From an uncultured Gammaproteobacteria bacterium (GTDB taxonomy: Bacteria; Pseudomonadota; Gammaproteobacteria; Steroidobacterales; Steroidobacteraceae), in NCBI GenBank assembly GCA_963843035.1, contig CAWJIS010000002.1, positions 249,243 to 313,242 of the forward strand: DNA of 64,000 nucleotides. Reading direction: 5' to 3'. The notes under the pieces were generated by a model. That model was given only the letters and a program-made list of their open reading frames with translations. It was not told where the DNA came from and made no database searches. This document shows positions 34,981-42,698 of the stretch, piece after piece. Position 1 is the stretch's first letter, and each line of letters begins with the position of its first letter. A program made the translations under genes and the position numbers.

Positions 34981-37449
34981 GTGAACGCCAATTCGCCCGC
35001 CGCGATTCCCTCCCACGCCCATGTGGTGGTCGTCGGCGGCGGCATCATCGGCACCTCGGTTGCCTATCATCTGGCGGCGATGGGCTGCAAGGACGTCGTG
35101 CTGCTCGAGCGCGACCGCCTCACCTCGGGCACCACCTGGCACGCCGCGGGCCTCATGGTGACCTTCGGCTCGACCTCCGAGACCTCGACCGAGATGCGCA
35201 AGTACTCGCGCGATCTCTACCGGCGTCTCGAGGCCGAGACCGGCCAGTCGACGGGACTTGCGCAGATCGGCTTCATCGAGGTCGCTTCCGACAAGGACCG
35301 GCTCGAGGAATACCGGCGCGTCGCGGCCTTCAACCGCTATTGCGGCGTCAACGTCGAGGAGATCTCGCCGCGCGAGGTGCTCGAGCTCTTTCCGCTCGCA
35401 CGGGTCGACGACATCGAAGCCGGCTTCTATGTAAAGGAGGACGGGCGCGTCAATCCCGTCGACGTCACCATGGCGCTCGCGAAGGGCGCACGCCTCAAGG
35501 GTGTCAGGATCATCGAGGGCGTGCCCGCCACCGGCGTGTTGCGCTCGCGCGGGCGCGTGACCGGCGTAGCCACCGCGCTCGGCGACATCCGGACCGAGAT
35601 CGTCGTCAACTGCGCCGGGATGTGGGCGCGGCAGTTCGGCGCGGCGAGCGGCGTCACCATCGCCAACCAGGCCGCGGAGCATTACTACCTGATCACCGAG
35701 CCCATCCGGAATCTGCCGCCGAACATGCCGGTGCTCGAGGATCCGGGGGCTTACGGCTATTACCGCGAGGAGGGCGGCGGTCTCATGGTGGGCCTCTTCG
35801 AGCCGGTGTGTGCGCCCTGGAAAGTCGAGGGAATCCCTGGTGACTTCTCCTTCGGCGAGCTGCCGCCCGACTGGGAGCGCATGACGCCGTTTCTCGAGCG
35901 CGCCATGTCGCGCGTGCCGATCACGCAGCAAGTCGGCATGAAGCGCTTCTTCTGCGGGCCGGAGAGCTTCACCCCGGATCTGCGGCCCATCGTGGGTGAG
36001 GCGCCGGAGCTTCGGGGCTACTTCGTGGCGGCGGGGCTCAACTCCATCGGAGTCCTGACCGCCGGGGGACTCGGCAGGTTGCTCGCCCACTGGATCGTAA
36101 CGGGGCATCCCGATGTCGATGTCACCGGTTTCAACATCGATCGGCTGCACGCGACGCAGACCAATCCCGAGTACCGGCGCGAGCGCACGGTTGAGTCGCT
36201 CGGTCTGGTCTACAAATGCCACTACCCGTTCATGTCGCTCACGACCGCGCGTGGCGTCCGCAAGTCACCCTTCCACGAGCGGCTCGCGGCGGCGGGCGCG
36301 TACTTCAAAGAGGTGAGCGGCTGGGAGAGCCCGGACTGGTACGGCGATCCCGGCGCGACGCCCGACCCGGGACCGCTGACCTGGGGGCGCCCGAGCTGGT
36401 TTGCGCGTTGGCGCGAGGAGCATCGCGCCGCGCGCGAGAACGTGATCCTGATGGACATGTCGTTCATGGGGAAATTCCTGGTGCAGGGCCGCGATGTCGG
36501 GCGCTGCCTCAATCGCATCTCCGGGAATCAGGTCGACGGCCCCGCCGGAGTCATCACCTACACGCAATGGCTGAACGAGGCCGGCCGTCTCGAAGCCGAT
36601 CTCACGGTTACTAAGCTCAGTGAAGAGCGCTATCTCGTGGTCGTGACCGACACCATGGTGCGCCACGCAGAGACCTGGATGCGGCGCCACATCGGCGACG
36701 ACGCGCATGCCTTCATCACCGACGCAACTTCCGCCTACGGGCAGCTCAACGTGCAGGGGCCGGGCTCACGCGCGCTGCTCGAGAAGCTGACCGGCGCCGA
36801 TCTCTCGAACGCGGCCTTCCCGTTCCGCTGCGCACGCGAGATCGACATCGGTTTCGCGCGCGTGCTCTGCATCCGCATCACCTACCTCGGCGAGCTCGGC
36901 TACGAGCTGTACGTACCGGCCGAGCAGGCGACCCATGTGTACGATCGCCTCGTCACGGCGGGACGCGGGCTCGGACTCAGGCACGCCGGGCTCAAGGCGC
37001 TCGGGAGCCTGCGCATGGAGAAGGGCTACCGCGACTACGGCCACGACATCGACAACACCGACGTCCCTTACGAGGTCGGTCTCGGCTTTGCGCTGGATCT
37101 CAGCAAGCCGGACGGCTTCATCGGCAAGGAGGCGGTGCTCGCGCAAAAAGCCGCCGGCCCCCTCAAGCGCCGCCTGGTGCAGGTGCTGGTGAAGGATCCC
37201 GAGCCCCTCATGTTCCACGCCGAAGTCGTGCGCCGGGACGGGATAGCGGTCGGCTACGTGCGCGCCGCATCCTACGGCCACACGCTGGGCGGCGCCGTCG
37301 GGCTCGCGATGATCGAGCCGAGGGTGACGGTCGATGAGGCGTATCTCTCGAGTGGGGAGTGGCAGGTCGACATTGCCGGCAAGCTGTATCCAGCCGTGGT
37401 CTCCGCCCGCCCGCTCTATGATCCGGCGATGAAGCGCATCCATGCCTGA
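34981..37449 (+). CDS. FAD-dependent oxidoreductase fused to a GcvT (aminomethyltransferase) domain: dimethylglycine/sarcosine-dehydrogenase-like
   Basis: 822 aa. N-terminal dinucleotide fold VVVVGGGIIGTSVAYHL. C-terminal GcvT-like LRMEKGYRDYGHDI and folate-binding region. Confidence 0.85.
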   Translation: MNANSPAAIPSHAHVVVVGGGIIGTSVAYHLAAMGCKDVVLLERDRLTSGTTWHAAGLMVTFGSTSETSTEMRKYSRDLYRRLEAETGQSTGLAQIGFIEVASDKDRLEEYRRVAAFNRYCGVNVEEISPREVLELFPLARVDDIEAGFYVKEDGRVNPVDVTMALAKGARLKGVRIIEGVPATGVLRSRGRVTGVATALGDIRTEIVVNCAGMWARQFGAASGVTIANQAAEHYYLITEPIRNLPPNMPVLEDPGAYGYYREEGGGLMVGLFEPVCAPWKVEGIPGDFSFGELPPDWERMTPFLERAMSRVPITQQVGMKRFFCGPESFTPDLRPIVGEAPELRGYFVAAGLNSIGVLTAGGLGRLLAHWIVTGHPDVDVTGFNIDRLHATQTNPEYRRERTVESLGLVYKCHYPFMSLTTARGVRKSPFHERLAAAGAYFKEVSGWESPDWYGDPGATPDPGPLTWGRPSWFARWREEHRAARENVILMDMSFMGKFLVQGRDVGRCLNRISGNQVDGPAGVITYTQWLNEAGRLEADLTVTKLSEERYLVVVTDTMVRHAETWMRRHIGDDAHAFITDATSAYGQLNVQGPGSRALLEKLTGADLSNAAFPFRCAREIDIGFARVLCIRITYLGELGYELYVPAEQATHVYDRLVTAGRGLGLRHAGLKALGSLRMEKGYRDYGHDIDNTDVPYEVGLGFALDLSKPDGFIGKEAVLAQKAAGPLKRRLVQVLVKDPEPLMFHAEVVRRDGIAVGYVRAASYGHTLGGAVGLAMIEPRVTVDEAYLSSGEWQVDIAGKLYPAVVSARPLYDPAMKRIHA

Positions 37450-37639
37450 GGAGCCGCGGGAGCCAGGCGAGCCGCCGTCGCGCCGCGGGGCGGTGATCGG
37501 GCTCCTCGTGGCACTCGCTCTGATCGTGCTCGGTCTGGTGCTCGTGAAGCTGCTCGGGCACTCGACGCGGCTCGAGGACTGCGCGCTTTCCGGCCGCACC
37601 AACTGTGCTCCCATCGATACCAACGGAGGATCGCAATGA
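37442..37639 (+). CDS. Small single-TM protein, unknown function
   Basis: 65 aa: Pro/Glu-rich N-terminus, helix AVIGLLVALALIVLGLVLVKLL, two Cys in the tail. Overlaps the upstream stop by 8 nt and the downstream start by 4 nt (ATGA). Confidence 0.45.
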   Translation: MPEEPREPGEPPSRRGAVIGLLVALALIVLGLVLVKLLGHSTRLEDCALSGRTNCAPIDTNGGSQ

Positions 37640-38016
37640 TCACGGGTTATAGCGACCACGCGGCGAATGAACGCACATTTCTCGCCTGGGTGCGCACCGG
37701 CATCGCGATGATTGCCTTCGGCTTCGTGATCGAGAAGTTCAATCTGTTCCTGCTGGCGATCGCGACCGAGGCGCTGAGCGAGCGCTCCGCGCAGCTGGTG
37801 AAGTTCTCCGGCCGGGGTGGGCGCTACGACGGGCTGGCGCTCATCTTCGGCGGCATCGGGCTCGTGGTGCTGTCGACGGTGCGCTTCGTGCGCACGACAC
37901 GCCTGCTGGATGACGGCGCGGCCCATTCGGCCTCGAGCGTGCGCACCGAGCTCATGCTCTGCGCCTTTCTCGTGCTGGTGGTGGCCAGCTACGGGATTTA
38001 CCTCGCCTTCGGCTGA
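37636..38016 (+). CDS. YidH/DUF202-family membrane protein
   Basis: DHAANERTFLAWVRTGIAMIAFGFVIEKF is the DUF202 signature. 126 aa, three helices. Confidence 0.8.
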   Translation: MITGYSDHAANERTFLAWVRTGIAMIAFGFVIEKFNLFLLAIATEALSERSAQLVKFSGRGGRYDGLALIFGGIGLVVLSTVRFVRTTRLLDDGAAHSASSVRTELMLCAFLVLVVASYGIYLAFG

Positions 38017-38032
38017 GGCGCCGCGGCGCTGC

Positions 38033-38437
38033 CTAGGCTTGCGCGGCGCGCTCGATGAGTGGCACGGCGGCGGCCAGGTTGGCCGCGAGTGCCGCCGGCA
38101 GGGCGTGACGGCGCACGATGTATTGCGGGTCGTTCCACGCGACCCAGGTCTTGCCGCCGGCATCCTCGAAGACGAGTGCCTTCAGCGGCAGATCGAGGCC
38201 GACCGCCGGCTCGGTCTGCATGAGGGGTGTGCCAGCCTTGGGATTTCCGAAGATGAGCATCTGCTCCGGCCGCATCGCAAGTCCTGCGCGGCCGGCATCG
38301 CCGCTGAAGTCGATGCGCGCGAAGATCAGGACGCCGCGCTCCTTGAGAAGGCCTTCGAGGCGCGCCACGGTGTCTGCGACCGAGTGCGACGAGGCGATGC
38401 GCACTACGCCGGATTCGCTCGCGGCTGAAGTGTTCAT
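38033..38437 (-). CDS. DUF302-domain protein
   Basis: ORF 38033..38479; start moved to ATG 38437, which has GGAG 7 nt upstream. VADTVARLEGLLKERGVLIFARIDFSGDA...GLDLPLKALVFED is typical of DUF302. Confidence 0.75.
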   Translation of the reverse strand: MNTSAASESGVVRIASSHSVADTVARLEGLLKERGVLIFARIDFSGDAGRAGLAMRPEQMLIFGNPKAGTPLMQTEPAVGLDLPLKALVFEDAGGKTWVAWNDPQYIVRRHALPAALAANLAAAVPLIERAAQA

Positions 38438-38475
38438 GGTGGATCTCCGAAGAGCGCAGGACCGCGGGTATTTGA

Positions 38476-38841
38476 TCACGGAAGACGCTCGCCGTCCCAG
38501 CCACCGCGCCCGCCGGCAGCGGCGCTCGCGAGATCGAATGAGGGGTCGATCGGGATCACGTCCGCTCTCGAGACGCCGAAGAGCCCCGAGTTCAGCCGGA
38601 AGGTGAGCGTCGCAAAGTCCTGGCCGTGATTGGGCAGCCGGATCCCCGCATTCGACCAGTGGCGAAGCGTCAGCTCACCCGTCACGCGGTCGCCCGGCAG
38701 CCGCAAGCGCACCCCGAGCTGCGAGGCGAAATCGAGCCGCGTCGCGCTCAACTGGTCGGACTCGGTCTTGGCCGCGAGCCCGAAGCCGACGAAACCGCTC
38801 AGCGGGCCGCGCTCGATGAAATGCCAGCGTCGCGACAGGCA
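38476..38841 (-). pseudogene. 5'-truncated acyloxyacyl-hydrolase (PagL-like lipid A deacylase) remnant
   Basis: The frame is open from just after a TAG at 38842..38844: CLSRRWHFIERGPLSGFVGFGLAAKTESDQLSATRLDFASQLGVRLRL...TLRHWSNAGIRLPNHGQDFATLTFRLNSG. This resembles the C-terminal two-thirds of the PagL beta-barrel, including the HxSN(A/G) motif. There is no signal peptide or N-terminal strands, and the upstream space is taken by the opposing MBL gene. Confidence 0.45.
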
Positions 38842-38909
38842 CTAACGGTGCGCCCTCGAACGTCTCTCTCTGGAGAGCCGCATCCGATCCTGATGGCGGT
38901 CCGGGTATC

Positions 38910-40040
38910 ATGGAGCTAATGAGATCCCTGGGACGAGGACCCGAAGGCACGCGCCTCGAGCGCATCAAGGCCTCGGCGCGCTGGGCGGGCGAGCGCTTCC
39001 GCAACCTGCATCCGATTCTGCCGGGCCTGCGCGATGCGAATGCGGCGATGCCCACGCTGCGCGAGTTTCTCTGCGGCGGCGAGCGGCGGGTGCCGCCCGG
39101 GCCGCTGCCTGCGGTGAGCCCATTGGACGCGTGGCTCAAGCCGGCGGGGAGCGGGTTGCGCGTCACCTGGCTGGGTCATTCGACCGTGCTCATCGAGATC
39201 GACGGGCTACGCGTGCTCACCGACCCGGTGTGGGGTCCGCGCGCCTCGCCCTCGCGGCTAATCGGGCCGAAGCGCTTCCAGCCGGTGCCGGTCCCGCTGC
39301 GCTCGCTCCCGCCCATCGACCTGGTCGTCGTCTCGCACGATCACTACGACCATCTCGACTATCCGACCATCCGGCAGTTGAGAAAGCGCGCGGTGCCATT
39401 CGTGACCTCCCTCGGCGTCGGGGCGCACCTCGAGGCCTGGGGGGTGGCACCCGAGCGAATCTTCGAGCTCGACTGGTGGGAGTCCTATTCGCTGCCGAAC
39501 GCCGACCTCACGGTCACCGCCGCGCCTTCGCAGCACTTCTCCGGGCGCACGATCAAGACGCGCAGCACGACGCTGTGGTCCTCGCTCGTGATTCGCTCGC
39601 AGCACCACGCGGTGTTCTTCAGCGGCGATACCGGACTCACCACGGAGTACGAGCTGATCCGCGAGCGGCTGGGACCGTTCGATCTCACCATGCTCGAAGT
39701 CGGCGCATGGCATCCCGCGTGGGGTGACATGCACTTAGGCCCCGAGAACGCGCTCAAGGCGCATGCGCTTCTCGGGGGCGGGCCGTTCCTGCCGATTCAT
39801 TGGGGAACGTTTGCGCTCGCCATGCACCCCTGGGATCAGCCCGCCGAAACCCTGCTGAGCCTCGGGCCCGGCGCGGGCGCGCAGCTCCTCATGCCGCGCC
39901 TCGGCGAGCCGGTCGAGCCCTCACACGGCAAGGACGTCGAGCCCTGGTGGCGCACGAAGCGGCCGGAACGGGCGCGGCCGCTGCGCGAGACGCTGACCGC
40001 CGCGGCGCTGCCGAAGTCGATTGCGGTCCCCATGGACTAG
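38910..40040 (+). CDS. MBL-fold metallo-hydrolase (NAPE-PLD-like subgroup)
   Basis: 376 aa. VTWLGHSTVLIEIDG and the metal motif VVSHDHYDHLD. Confidence 0.8.
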   Translation: MELMRSLGRGPEGTRLERIKASARWAGERFRNLHPILPGLRDANAAMPTLREFLCGGERRVPPGPLPAVSPLDAWLKPAGSGLRVTWLGHSTVLIEIDGLRVLTDPVWGPRASPSRLIGPKRFQPVPVPLRSLPPIDLVVVSHDHYDHLDYPTIRQLRKRAVPFVTSLGVGAHLEAWGVAPERIFELDWWESYSLPNADLTVTAAPSQHFSGRTIKTRSTTLWSSLVIRSQHHAVFFSGDTGLTTEYELIRERLGPFDLTMLEVGAWHPAWGDMHLGPENALKAHALLGGGPFLPIHWGTFALAMHPWDQPAETLLSLGPGAGAQLLMPRLGEPVEPSHGKDVEPWWRTKRPERARPLRETLTAAALPKSIAVPMD

Positions 40041-40050
40041 CTGTTCCGCG

Positions 40051-40599
40051 TCATCGTCGTAGCGCCGCACCCACGGCGTCGAACAGCCGCTCGAGGCCGA
40101 ACGATACGTCCTGAATCCGGCCGTTGACGAAGAAGCCGGGCGTGCCGCGCACGTGGCTGCGCCGCCCGCTGTCCTGGTGCTCGCGGATCCGCTGCAGGTA
40201 GACGTGATCGTCCATCTCCGCGGTGAAGCGCGCCATGTCGAGCCCCAGTCGCTCGGCATAGGAGTGCAGGTGTTTGGCCGCGAGATGATCCTGGTTGGCG
40301 AACAGTAGGTCGTGCATCACCCAGAACTTGCCCTGCTCGCCGGCGCTCTCGGCGGCCTCGGCCGCCGCCAGCGCGTGGGGGTGAGCCTCCTCGAGCGGAA
40401 AGTGGCGGAAGGCGAGAGTTACGCGGCTCGCGAAGCGCTCGAGCAGCAGCCGCACGGTCGGCGCGGCCTGCTTGCAGGTCGGGCACTCGAAGTCGCCGTA
40501 TTCGACTACGACGACCGGCGCGTGCTCGGGCCCGAGCGTGTGATCGGTGGTGCCGATGGGTACGGCCAGATCTGTGCCTCGAAAGGGATGCTCGGGCAT
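40051..40599 (-). CDS. DsbA-family thioredoxin-fold protein
   Basis: VVVEYGDFECPTCKQAAP carries the CPTC active site. DsbA-like helical insert. Confidence 0.8.
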   Translation of the reverse strand: MPEHPFRGTDLAVPIGTTDHTLGPEHAPVVVVEYGDFECPTCKQAAPTVRLLLERFASRVTLAFRHFPLEEAHPHALAAAEAAESAGEQGKFWVMHDLLFANQDHLAAKHLHSYAERLGLDMARFTAEMDDHVYLQRIREHQDSGRRSHVRGTPGFFVNGRIQDVSFGLERLFDAVGAALRR

Positions 40600-40677
40600 G
40601 CGCTACACCTCGTCATCGCATTCTAGCGCGTCGCCTGCCAGACTTGAGACGGCTGCTGGGACGGAAGGAGAGCGGGC

Positions 40678-41070
40678 ATGGCGCGTGCGACGGCGGACAT
40701 CGGCACCATCAACTACACGACTGCGCTCATGGCGGGCCATCATCCGCTCACCTCCGACGAAGGCCCGGCGCTCGGGGGCAAGGACACCGGTGCCGCTCCG
40801 CATGAGTTGCTGTGCGCGGCGCTGGCGGCCTGCACCGCGATCACGCTGCGCATGTACGCCGAGCGCAAGACCTGGTCGCTGCGGGCGGCCCACGTCGACG
40901 TGCTGTTCCAGCACGACGGGGAAAAACGCACGATGACGCGCCGGCTGCGGCTCGAGGGAGAGCTCGATGAGGCGCAGCGGGCGCGCCTCGCTGACATCGC
41001 CGAGCGCACCCCGGTCACGCTGACACTGAAGCAGGGCGTTGCCATCACGACGATCCTCGAGCCACGCTGA
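40678..41070 (+). CDS. OsmC/Ohr-family protein
   Basis: 130 aa. GAAPHELLCAALAACTAITLRMYA and a C-terminal ...RTPVTLTL are the OsmC family pattern. Confidence 0.8.
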   Translation: MARATADIGTINYTTALMAGHHPLTSDEGPALGGKDTGAAPHELLCAALAACTAITLRMYAERKTWSLRAAHVDVLFQHDGEKRTMTRRLRLEGELDEAQRARLADIAERTPVTLTLKQGVAITTILEPR

Positions 41071-41076
41071 GCCGCC

Positions 41077-42633
41077 TCAAGCGAAGGGTACGGGTGGCGC
41101 ACCTTCACGGCGTGCGCCCCGCGGCAGCGTGCCGACCACGCTCAACACACCCGCGAGTGCCAGGGCGGCCGCGATCCACTGCGTCATCCGCACCGTGTCG
41201 TCGATCGATGTGGCGATGATCGCGTGGGCACGCCGACGCTCCTCATCCGAAAGGGTCTGCGGGAGCGGCGGGATGACGAATCCACCGCGCGCGGCTTCGA
41301 CGGCCTGCCGTACTCCGGTCGTGGCCGGCGGATTCTCGAGGCGCCGCTCCAGGGAATGCGACATGGCCCCGACTGCAACACTGCCGAGCACCGCGATCAC
41401 GAGCAGGCTGCCGACGGAGGCGACCGCATTGTTGATCCCGGAGGCGACGCCGGTGCGATGCGTCGGGACGGCGTTGAGGACCGCCGTGGTGAGCGGTGCC
41501 ACCGTGATGGCCATCCCCAAGCCGAGCACGACCATCGGCACGAGGACGGTCCAATAGGCCTCACGGCTGATTGCCAGTAGCGCAAAGCCGCCCGCCGCGA
41601 TCGTGGGTCCGATGATGAGCGGCCCGCGCGCGCCGAAGCGGTCGATCAGTCCGCCCGACCAGCGCGACAGCAGGCTGAGGATCACCGTGAAGGGGAGATA
41701 TGCCGCCCCGGCGGCCGTCGCCGAAAATCCGCGCGCCTGAATCAACAGGAAGGGCAGAAAGAAAAACCCGCCGCCGAGCCCGCCGTACAGAAGCAGCGTC
41801 AACAGGTTGATCCCACTGAAGGTCGGCGAGTGGAACAGCTCGAGCGGCATCATCGGGGAGGCGCTGCGCCGCTCGGCGATCACGAACAGCACGAGCAATC
41901 CCGCCCCCAGAGCCAGTGAGGCCATCACCGCCGGATGAGTCCAGCCGAGCTCCGAGGACGCAATCAGTCCGTAAACGAGAGTCCCGAGTCCGGCGAACGC
42001 CAGCAAGCTACCCAGCCAATCGACGCCGGGCGGCGCGTCCGGATCGCGGCTCTCGGGCACGCGGCGCAAGGCAATCCAGAGCGTCGGGATTGCGAGCAGC
42101 GGGTTGACGAGGAAGATCACCCGCCATGAGAAGTGGTCGATCAGCCCGCCACCGAGGAGCGGGGCTGCCCCGCCGGCGATGGCCGCCGCGCCCGACCAGA
42201 TGCCGATCGCGGCTCCACGTTCCTTCTCCTCGAAACTGGCGCTGATGAGCGCGAGCGAGCAGGGGACGAGCAGGGCCGCGCCGACGCCGGAGACGACGCG
42301 GGCGGTGAGCAGCATCGCGACACTTGCTGCCAGGCCGCAGCCGAGCGAGCCAACGGCAAATACGCTGGTCCCGATGACGAACATGCGCCGCCGGCCGAAA
42401 CGATCCGCCGCGGCACCGCCGATCAGGAGTAACGCCGACATGCACAGCGTGTAGGCGTTGATCACCCATTGCATCGCCGGCAGCGTGGTGTGCAGCGCGG
42501 CCTCGATGGCGGGCAGGGCCACGTTGACCACCGACTCATCGACGTACGCCAGGGTGGATCCGAGGACCGCGACCGCGAGGACCCAGTACCTGTGCGCGGC
42601 GCAGGCCGGCACGCTCGGATGCGAGCGAATCAC
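41077..42633 (-). CDS. MFS transporter, DHA2 (14-TMS EmrB/QacA-like) family
   Basis: ORF 41077..42771. The N-terminal 46 codons overlap the upstream gene's end, so I prefer GTG 42633 (alternatives: TTG 42651 or 42669). YVDESVVNVALPAI, GGAAADRFGRRRMF and LGLGMA are DHA2 motifs. Confidence 0.8.
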   Translation of the reverse strand: MIRSHPSVPACAAHRYWVLAVAVLGSTLAYVDESVVNVALPAIEAALHTTLPAMQWVINAYTLCMSALLLIGGAAADRFGRRRMFVIGTSVFAVGSLGCGLAASVAMLLTARVVSGVGAALLVPCSLALISASFEEKERGAAIGIWSGAAAIAGGAAPLLGGGLIDHFSWRVIFLVNPLLAIPTLWIALRRVPESRDPDAPPGVDWLGSLLAFAGLGTLVYGLIASSELGWTHPAVMASLALGAGLLVLFVIAERRSASPMMPLELFHSPTFSGINLLTLLLYGGLGGGFFFLPFLLIQARGFSATAAGAAYLPFTVILSLLSRWSGGLIDRFGARGPLIIGPTIAAGGFALLAISREAYWTVLVPMVVLGLGMAITVAPLTTAVLNAVPTHRTGVASGINNAVASVGSLLVIAVLGSVAVGAMSHSLERRLENPPATTGVRQAVEAARGGFVIPPLPQTLSDEERRRAHAIIATSIDDTVRMTQWIAAALALAGVLSVVGTLPRGARREGAPPVPFA

Positions 42634-42698
42634 CAGCTCATCGCAAGGCAATGCTTTGGGGTTCGCCAAGCGGACCTTCGCGCGGGCCTCGCGCAGCT

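Noticed and set aside
38018-38029. Perfect 12-bp palindrome GCGCCGCGGCGC between the convergent YidH and DUF302 genes, as a possible bidirectional terminator.
   Set aside because: A palindrome with no loop can form only a very short hairpin, and there is no U/A tract on either side. Such GC palindromes occur by chance in this composition.
38842-38844. In-frame TAG in the PagL-like frame as a recoding event or read-through site.
   Set aside because: The codons upstream of the TAG (…ERRSRAHR) show no PagL-like or signal-peptide character in that frame, so truncation is the simpler explanation.
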